A DNA stretch of 64,000 nt, taken from the NCBI GenBank assembly GCA_029573495.1, contig JAKQEI010000094.1:46165-110164 (forward strand). The letters are read 5' to 3'. The stretch comes from Bacteroidota bacterium. GTDB lineage: Bacteria > Bacteroidota > Bacteroidia > Flavobacteriales_F > PHOS-HE28. Below, in pieces: positions 57,158 to 64,000 of the stretch (its first letter is position 1; each line of letters starts with the position of its first letter). The notes below the pieces were generated by a model. It worked only from the letters and a program-made list of their open reading frames with translations. It searched no databases and was not told the DNA's origin. The position numbers and the translations under genes are program-made.

Positions 57158-59548
57158 CTAAGCCTCGATCACGAGTGGCATGAACACCTCGACCCTGGTA
57201 CCCTGTACCAGATCCACAAATCGGAATCCGGACTCCATCCCCCGTTGTTGCCCCAGCATTGCCAATCGATCTTTTGTGATGGTAGTGCCCAGGGAGGTCT
57301 TCGGCGGCGCATCCGTGAGCGGGGGTTGGTCTGGTGCCCGACGTCCTACGCCATTGTCCTCAACGGTCATGATCAATTGCCCCGCCTCCTGTCGGACCGT
57401 GAGCGCGATGTTCCCCTTTCCTTCCTTGCGTGAGATCCCATGCCAGATGGCATTCTCCATGAACGGTTGTAACACGAGCGGTGGCACCTGCGCTGTTTCC
57501 TGATCGATGGCAGGGTCGACATGGATCGAATAGTCGAATTTGTTGTTCATGCGTGCCTGTTCAAGGTCCATGTACAGTCGAAGAGCTTCCAGGTCCTGGG
57601 TCAGAGGAACCTCCTCCCGCCTGCTGTTCTCCAGCACCAGCCGCATGAGCCGCGCGAACTTGGTGAGGAAGCCACTGGCCAGGTCGCGTTCGTTCTCCTG
57701 CACGTAGTGATTGATGCTGTTGAGCGCGTTGAAGATGAAGTGCGGGTTCATCTGGTTCCGTAGCGCCTTCATCTGCAGTAGGGCCGCATCACGTTCAAAG
57801 CGCTCCCTGCGGCGTTTGCGGTCGATGCGATAGATCATGCCCCCACCGCCAAGGAGCAGGACACCGCCAATGCCGAACGCCCATGACCGGTTGCGGGCCT
57901 GCTCGCCCTCCAGGATGGCGATCTGCCGCTCGCTCTCGAGCTCGGCCATCGCAGTTGCGTGGGCGATGCTATCGGCCAGTTGCTTCCGATCGAAGTCATA
58001 CCGCATCTGAAGGCGCACGGTCTTCTTGGCATTCTCCGCATTGTTCAAGCTGTCCTTCATCTGCTGGTGCAGCTCCAACATCTCCAATGCACGTGACCAG
58101 CTACCCTGCCGGGCAAGCCCCTCGTGAAGCACCTCGGTGGCGCGCAGGATGTTGACGGGATAGCCACTTTGCTGAGCGATGGATAGCGCTTGGTCGGCCA
58201 GCGTGATGGCCTCCTTCGTTCGCCCCTGCTTCAGTTTGGTCTTGGCGATGCTGTAGAGGGCGAATGATTCTCCTTCCCTGTCCTCAATGCTCTGGTCCAA
58301 TTGCAGTGTGGCCTGGTAATAGTACAGCGCAGAGTCCGTTTGGCCTTCAGCCTCGAAATAATGCCCCAGCTTGTACAAGGCCGTGGCAAGCTCGCGCGGC
58401 GAATCGAGCTCCTTGCTCAATGCCAGACTGTGCCGAAGCTCCAGCAAAGCGCGGGGGCGATCGCCCTTGTTCTTCCAGAGGTTACCCAGGTGCCCGCGGA
58501 CCAGGGCCTCACCTCGCCTGTCGCCGGTGGACAGGTAGAGGTCCAGGCTCTTCTGGAACTCCTGTAAAGCCATGTCCAACTCACCCTGGGCCTCCAGCGT
58601 GGAGCCAAGGTTCATGTGGTTGTCGGCCTGCCCTATGCGGTCGCCCATAGCGGTGTTGAGATCCAGCGCCTGGTGGTAGTAGCGCAGGGCCTGCCCAGGC
58701 AATCCCTGGTCGGCGTAGATCGTGGCGATGTTGTTCCTGCAGGTGGCCAATGCCTCGCGCTCACCCAATCGTGCATAGGCGGTCTCGCTGGATAGCAGGA
58801 GCTCGAGCGCCTCAGCCGGACGGCCGCGGTCCCGATGGTTCATGCCGATGTTCAGCAGCGCATGGGCGATGCCCCGCTCATCCTTGATCGCGCGGTAGAT
58901 GGCCAGGCTGCGTTCCATATAGAACAACGCACTGTCCATTAGGCCGCGGGCCGTGTGGTACTGCCCGATGTTATTCAATGCCGCGGCCATGCGCTGCTGA
59001 TCACCGGCGCGCTCGTATACCTTCAGTGCTTCGGTGAGGCACCGCCGCTGCTGAGCGTGATCGCCACGGGCCTCGTGCACCATGCCCTCGTTGTTCCAGG
59101 CGTCCGCTTCTCCGACGATGGCCCCGTTCGCGCGATGGATGGACCGGGCCCGACGGAAGCAGGCCAGGGCACTGTCCAGTTCGCCGTAGATGAAGTGGGT
59201 GACCGCCAAGTTGTTGATGGCCGTCGCCTTCTGCCGGAGTAATGCCGACCTCACCTGACCGTTGACACCCCCCCTGCCGAGAGCCTCGTCCGCTTGCCGT
59301 ATCGCCTCCCGGCAAATGACCGCGTTCGTATCCGGGTCGGTGGCGTAGATGTGCTCGGACATGGCGATCAATGCACCGATGCGTGTGGTATCGTTCCGTG
59401 CCTTCACCAACACGCCACGCAAGGAATCCATCACTGCAACCTGAGCGCTTGCAGGCACTAAGGCAGTGAAAAGGATGAGAAGTAGCGACCAGCGGTGCCG
59501 GGCACCTGATCCGCTCCAGAACTGGCTATGTACTTTTCGGACCAGCAC
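57158..59548 (-). CDS. TPR-repeat sensor kinase with LytS/YehU-type His_kinase + HATPase domains (copy 1, high GC)
   Basis: 796 aa. Signal peptide, about 10 TPR-like repeats, a TM helix (AFGIGGVLLLGGGGMIY), H-box NPHFIFNALNSINHYV, N-box FMENAIWHG, and G1 EDNGVGR. Confidence 0.88.
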   Translation of the reverse strand: MLVRKVHSQFWSGSGARHRWSLLLILFTALVPASAQVAVMDSLRGVLVKARNDTTRIGALIAMSEHIYATDPDTNAVICREAIRQADEALGRGGVNGQVRSALLRQKATAINNLAVTHFIYGELDSALACFRRARSIHRANGAIVGEADAWNNEGMVHEARGDHAQQRRCLTEALKVYERAGDQQRMAAALNNIGQYHTARGLMDSALFYMERSLAIYRAIKDERGIAHALLNIGMNHRDRGRPAEALELLLSSETAYARLGEREALATCRNNIATIYADQGLPGQALRYYHQALDLNTAMGDRIGQADNHMNLGSTLEAQGELDMALQEFQKSLDLYLSTGDRRGEALVRGHLGNLWKNKGDRPRALLELRHSLALSKELDSPRELATALYKLGHYFEAEGQTDSALYYYQATLQLDQSIEDREGESFALYSIAKTKLKQGRTKEAITLADQALSIAQQSGYPVNILRATEVLHEGLARQGSWSRALEMLELHQQMKDSLNNAENAKKTVRLQMRYDFDRKQLADSIAHATAMAELESERQIAILEGEQARNRSWAFGIGGVLLLGGGGMIYRIDRKRRRERFERDAALLQMKALRNQMNPHFIFNALNSINHYVQENERDLASGFLTKFARLMRLVLENSRREEVPLTQDLEALRLYMDLEQARMNNKFDYSIHVDPAIDQETAQVPPLVLQPFMENAIWHGISRKEGKGNIALTVRQEAGQLIMTVEDNGVGRRAPDQPPLTDAPPKTSLGTTITKDRLAMLGQQRGMESGFRFVDLVQGTRVEVFMPLVIEA

Positions 59549-59551
59549 TGT

Positions 59552-61669
59552 TCAGGCCGCCTCTCTTAGGGGGAGGGTAAGTTCAACACGTTGACCATCC
59601 GGCAATGGCAGGACCTTGACCGAAGCCCTCTTACCGCCCTGCTTCATTAGGAGCGCCAAGCGGGCTTCTGTGATGTCCGTTCCGTTGGAGCGATCTGGTG
59701 CTGCCTGCTGGTTCACTGTATCGTATGGCAGATTGTCCTGTAGGGTGAGTACAATATTGCCGAGCTGCCTTTGAACCCGGATATGCAATAGCCCCGTGTT
59801 GTCGTGTAGTCCCATATGGTTCCAGATGACCTGTTCGACATAGGGCTGCAATAGCATGGGGGGAACCATGATCTCCTCAAGCTCAATATCAGGCTCAACG
59901 TCCAGGCGGTACTCCAATTGCCCACCCAAGCGCAAGCGCTCCAATTCCAGATAGTCGCGCAATACGCCAAGGTCTTCGGCCAAGCTCACTTCATCCTTGC
60001 GTGCGTTCTCCAAAACAGCTCGCATTAAACGTGCGAAACGGATGAGGAAAGAGGAGGCTAGATCCCGCTCATTGGCCTGCACATACGCGTTGATGTTCTG
60101 AAGGGCAGTATGGATGAAGTGGGGGTTGACCTGTGCGCGCCAGGCCCGGGCTTGGAGTTGGGCGGTTTGGCGGGTATGGCAGTGCTTACGACGGCGACGG
60201 TCTAGGGCGACGGCCACGACCCCTCCACCAACGAGCAACAGGCCTATACCCGCAATTGTAAAAGAGGTGGTGCGCTCTCGAACAGCCTTCACACTGGCAA
60301 ACGACGCCTCCCTCTCTGATGCTGCTGACTCATTCGCTCTCGAAAGGCTGTCTTGTAAGCCCTCAAGTCGAATTTCCTCTTTCATTACCGAACGAGCTGC
60401 AAGCTTATGAACCTTGTCGCCTTGTAGACTATTAGACAAAAGCATGTGCAATACGCTCATATCGTACGCCTCATGATCACGGCCGACCTGGACATAGATC
60501 CTCGACAGCAACTCGGCTGACCTTTCTTGTTCCAATAGAATGCCATCCTCAATCGCCAGTCTATAAGCACGCTCTGCAATCTGTAGTGCATGTAGTGTTC
60601 TGCCGAGCTTCAGATAGCTCCGGGCCAAATTGTTCAGCAGCAGGGCTGGTAATTGGCTGATCTTATTCTCCAACGCGAGTCGAAGCGCCTCCTCATACTT
60701 GAGTATTGCTGCATCATCCTTACCTAGAAATGATAATGCAGATCCTCCATTGTTCACATACGTGCAGTATGACCGAAGCGCACCGACCCCAAGCGCCAGG
60801 ACGGCAGCAGAGTCGTAGTACAGAATGGCATCATTCCAGTTCTCCGACCCCTGAGCAACACTTCCCAGATTATTCAGGCAAGCCGCTACGTAGATGACAT
60901 CGCCTTGTTGTCGATGTATGCCCAAGGCTCTGGAGTAAAGTTGCTTTGCTTCGAGCAAGTAACCGGTGTCCTCCCAGAGGGTGCCTGTAGCGGTTAGGGA
61001 AAGCCCTTCAATACTCTGAAGACCGTGCTGCCGCCCAAGCTCAGATGCCAGCTCATAATTCTTCAGCGCCCGAGGAAGATCCCCCTGATACTTCCGAATA
61101 TTCCCGATGTTCATGTAGCAAGATGCCACATGCTCATGCAGACCATACTTCTTACCTAGATCGATTCCACGTTCATAGTTCTCCAACGCACTGGAAAAGT
61201 TCAACTCCAACTCATCCACGTAGCCAATGTTGATGATGGAATGGGACAAACCCGCATAGACTTGGATGGAATCCAATCGAGGATCCGCACCTACGCGTTT
61301 GGCCAATTCGGTCCAGAGTGACAGCGCTTGGACGTAATGCTCCCTTGCCTTGGCGGTATGGGAGCGATTGTTCAATTCCAGGTAGGCCAACCAACCGTGA
61401 GCGTCGGCAATTCCACTGTGGTAGTTGGCCTTCGTTGCTAAGTGAAGGGCCTTCTCCGAGTAGTCAAATGCCACATCGGGATGTGACTGGTATTCAGCAT
61501 TCGCAAGGTTCATCAACAATTCTACGCGGGCTGTATCGTTGCTTGCCTCCGCAAGGGCTGATTTGAGTGAGTCGATCTGCGACGATTGGCCCCGGACTGT
61601 ACCAAGCATGGCCATCGCTGAGGCCATCGCTAGAACACGAGTGCGAAGTATGGAACTAAAGCAGGTCAT
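59552..61669 (-). CDS. TPR-repeat LytS-type kinase paralogue with degenerate ATP-lid motifs (copy 2, low GC)
   Basis: 705 aa with the same architecture. The H-box NPHFIHTALQNINAYV is retained. The N-box becomes YVEQVIWNH, and G1 DNGxG is replaced by QDNLPYD. Sampled lines are about 42-48 % G+C versus about 67 % in copy 1. Confidence 0.85.
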   Translation of the reverse strand: MTCFSSILRTRVLAMASAMAMLGTVRGQSSQIDSLKSALAEASNDTARVELLMNLANAEYQSHPDVAFDYSEKALHLATKANYHSGIADAHGWLAYLELNNRSHTAKAREHYVQALSLWTELAKRVGADPRLDSIQVYAGLSHSIINIGYVDELELNFSSALENYERGIDLGKKYGLHEHVASCYMNIGNIRKYQGDLPRALKNYELASELGRQHGLQSIEGLSLTATGTLWEDTGYLLEAKQLYSRALGIHRQQGDVIYVAACLNNLGSVAQGSENWNDAILYYDSAAVLALGVGALRSYCTYVNNGGSALSFLGKDDAAILKYEEALRLALENKISQLPALLLNNLARSYLKLGRTLHALQIAERAYRLAIEDGILLEQERSAELLSRIYVQVGRDHEAYDMSVLHMLLSNSLQGDKVHKLAARSVMKEEIRLEGLQDSLSRANESAASEREASFASVKAVRERTTSFTIAGIGLLLVGGGVVAVALDRRRRKHCHTRQTAQLQARAWRAQVNPHFIHTALQNINAYVQANERDLASSFLIRFARLMRAVLENARKDEVSLAEDLGVLRDYLELERLRLGGQLEYRLDVEPDIELEEIMVPPMLLQPYVEQVIWNHMGLHDNTGLLHIRVQRQLGNIVLTLQDNLPYDTVNQQAAPDRSNGTDITEARLALLMKQGGKRASVKVLPLPDGQRVELTLPLREAA

Positions 61670-61727
61670 CTAGTGATGGTAAGATAGCAGTATTCCGACC
61701 ATCCACAGATCGGGGATGTTCGTTTGC

Positions 61728-64000
61728 CTACCTCAACAGTGTCACGTGCCCCCGCAACTTCTTCCGGCTTACGAACTCATGCGCATGAAGCTCCAACTGC
61801 CAGATGTACACCCCGTCCTGCACCGGGCCTCCAGCTACGCTTCCATCCCAAGCTTTAGCCTCATCGTTCGTCTCGAAGAGCATCTCCCCCCAGCGGTTCC
61901 ATATAGTGAGGTTGTAGTCGCGTACGGCGAAGCCATCCAATGATGGCAGGAAGCTGTCGTTGATGCCGTCACCGTCGGGTGTGAAGCTGTTGGGAACGTA
62001 GATGAGCAGGTCCGGGTCGATGGTCACCTCCTGGTAGGCAGTGTCCAGACAGCCATGGATGCTGGTGACGATCTGTTGGATGAGGTAGGTGCCGAAGGTG
62101 GCATAGGTATGGAGCGGCTCTTGCTCGGTCGAGTAACTGCCATCCCCCAGGTCGTAAGCCCACTCCACAGCCAACTGTGCCGTGTCCACCATCTGGATCT
62201 CTGGTGAAAGGATGCCGGTGCGGTTGGGACTGGGATGGAATCCGGCGATGGGCAGCGGATGCACCGTGATCAGGTCCGAGATGGTCAGCGAGTCCTGGCA
62301 GCCATTGCCACTGGTCACCACAAGCCCGAGCGCATAGGCGCCAGCCGTGTCGAAGGTGAAGGTCATGGTGGGTCCCTCGCCGGTCACCGTTCCATTGATG
62401 GTCCACAGCCAGGAGCTGTTCGTGTAGGGTGCCGGGATCGTGCTGGCGTCGGTCAGTTCGACCGGGTCGTTCACGCACAGCACGGTATCGGTCGGGACGA
62501 AGGATACCTGGGGCAGTGGCCAGACCTCCAGGGTGTCGGTGAGCAGGGTGGTGCATCCCTGGTCGCTCACGGTCTGCAGCTTGATGGGGAAGAAGCCTGC
62601 GGAGGAGAAGGTGTGAACGGCGGTGGTGCCGGAGTAGTTGACCGGACCTGCATCCATGGACCACTGCGTATCCGCGATGCCTCCCTGGGGAATGGTGGAT
62701 GTGCTGCTCATCGTGGTGCTCTGCCCGAAGCAGTTGGGGTCCACGACCATGCTGTTCACCGGGGCGGGGTGGATGACCATGCTGCGTGTGGCGGTATCAG
62801 CGCAGCCGAAGGCCGAGGTCACGATGAGCGTATCCGTGGAAGTGCCCCAGAGCTGCCACGAATGCGAGGGGGACGGACCCATGGCATCTCCGCCATCGCC
62901 GAAGCGCCAGACCCAGGTGGCGACAACATCCACACCGCTGTTCCATGCGATGGTGGAGGCATCCGTGTAGAGGACCGTGTCGTACTGGCAGGCATTGTCC
63001 GATATGAAGCTGGCCACGGGCACGGGATGGATGATCACTTCCCCATCCAGCGAGCCCACGCATCCGCGGTCCGAGGTGGCCGTGAGGGAAACCGGGATCG
63101 TATCAGGAACCGGATAGTCGAACGGACCCACTTCCTCACTGGAGAGAGGTCCCTGCCCAGAAATGTCCCAGGCCCAACTTTCGATGGTGCCCGAGGTGAT
63201 CGTGCTCGTGTTGGTGATGGTCAACGGCGCATAGGTGCAGACATCAGGCGCGCTGAACTGCACTTGGGGCAGTGGATGCACGGTGAGCACCGTATCATTC
63301 GTGCTGAAGCACCCTTCGGCGTTCTGATGGATGTACCGGATGCCCACCTGCTGCGCTGCTGTGGGTGCTGGAACCAGGGCTCCGGGGTCGAACAGGGCAG
63401 GCAGCAGGGTCCAGACCGTGCCATCATAGCGTGCGCTGAACGTTCCTCCGGGCAGGTCCACAAAGGGGGTCAGGTCGAACGGGTCGGCGTTGATGCAGGC
63501 ATGGATACTGTCGAAGACCACGGCCGTTGTATCGTGGATGGCGAAGGGTATATCCAAGGTGCTCGTACAGCCATTTCCATCGGTGTATGCGTATGTAACC
63601 ATGTTGGGACCGCCTCCGATAACGAGTGGGTCCGTAGAGTTTGAGGGCCAAGAAAAGCTCCCGAGATCCGGATCGATATCGGGATCAGGAAGTGGACCGG
63701 AGTTGATGCAGAAGGGACCAAATGGTTCCGCCGCAATAGCTGGCAACGGGTTTACGATCAAATCGATAGTATCCACATCCACGCATTGGTAATACTCAGC
63801 CGTGGCAAGGAACTGCGTTGTTTGGGCAGGGTGCAGCCCATAGTTCCATGGCAGGCCTGGAACCACATCCGTGCTGGGGGCGAACGTGACGGCATCAATG
63901 CCGAATGGAGGAGAGTGTGTGAATACAGCCCATGAGGTATCGCCTTCACATAGGATAGGGTCGTAACTGACCGATACATCATAGGGGAGTACCACGATGG
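61728..64000 (-). CDS. PKD-repeat surface protein with T9SS type B sorting domain (N-terminus beyond the right edge)
   Basis: The open frame runs to the window end. Multiple PKD-like repeats (WxWxFGDG, W.W.I). C-terminus LIYVPNSFTPDGDGINDSF...IWNRWGEMLF...GVYIWQL...GHVTLLR. Confidence 0.85.
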   Translation of the reverse strand, partial: IVVLPYDVSVSYDPILCEGDTSWAVFTHSPPFGIDAVTFAPSTDVVPGLPWNYGLHPAQTTQFLATAEYYQCVDVDTIDLIVNPLPAIAAEPFGPFCINSGPLPDPDIDPDLGSFSWPSNSTDPLVIGGGPNMVTYAYTDGNGCTSTLDIPFAIHDTTAVVFDSIHACINADPFDLTPFVDLPGGTFSARYDGTVWTLLPALFDPGALVPAPTAAQQVGIRYIHQNAEGCFSTNDTVLTVHPLPQVQFSAPDVCTYAPLTITNTSTITSGTIESWAWDISGQGPLSSEEVGPFDYPVPDTIPVSLTATSDRGCVGSLDGEVIIHPVPVASFISDNACQYDTVLYTDASTIAWNSGVDVVATWVWRFGDGGDAMGPSPSHSWQLWGTSTDTLIVTSAFGCADTATRSMVIHPAPVNSMVVDPNCFGQSTTMSSTSTIPQGGIADTQWSMDAGPVNYSGTTAVHTFSSAGFFPIKLQTVSDQGCTTLLTDTLEVWPLPQVSFVPTDTVLCVNDPVELTDASTIPAPYTNSSWLWTINGTVTGEGPTMTFTFDTAGAYALGLVVTSGNGCQDSLTISDLITVHPLPIAGFHPSPNRTGILSPEIQMVDTAQLAVEWAYDLGDGSYSTEQEPLHTYATFGTYLIQQIVTSIHGCLDTAYQEVTIDPDLLIYVPNSFTPDGDGINDSFLPSLDGFAVRDYNLTIWNRWGEMLFETNDEAKAWDGSVAGGPVQDGVYIWQLELHAHEFVSRKKLRGHVTLLR

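Overview
This is a high-GC chromosomal segment, roughly 60-65 % G+C by hand counts on sampled lines. It looks like Bacteroidota, for three reasons. About ten ORFs end in type IX secretion (T9SS) C-terminal sorting domains, both type A (Por_Secre_tail-like) and type B (CHU_C / gliding-motility, FTPNGDGxND). TAnnTTTG -7 promoter boxes are present. TPR-LytS kinases and a LytTR regulator are present.

Housekeeping genes I recognise with confidence: pdxA (5' tip only), pepA, ribE, metF, lepA, a YebC-family regulator, an acyl-CoA carboxyltransferase, purD, purQ, and a CDF metal exporter.

The rest is envelope, secretome and signalling:
- two ECF sigma / anti-sigma-like pairs
- a receiver / sigma-54 activator / CHASE3 kinase trio
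- a TPR-HisKA_3 kinase with a LuxR-type regulator
- an orphan NIT-HAMP kinase
- two tandem TPR-LytS-type kinases with a LytTR regulator nearby
- a CotH-family kinase
- many exported proteins of unknown function

I saw no rRNA, tRNA, CRISPR array, transposase, integrase, phage gene or recognisable defence or biosynthetic cluster.

The most unusual things I can support from the sequence are:
1. A low-GC island at about 33.0-37.5 kb holds a tandem array of T9SS-cargo paralogues that looks recombining. It has alternating small and large genes, a conserved stop-(g)cc-ATG junction, a high-GC near-identical 225-bp CTD module, and a CTD relic in a spacer.
2. An ECF-sigma partner protein combines an anti-sigma-like N-terminus and a single TM helix with a T9SS type B sorting domain.
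3. In the tandem TPR-LytS kinase pair, one copy is low-GC and has lost the DNGxG ATP-lid motif.

None of these is demonstrably a new system. They are hypotheses that need database and experimental checks. The many long antisense ORFs in the track are GC-driven shadow frames.
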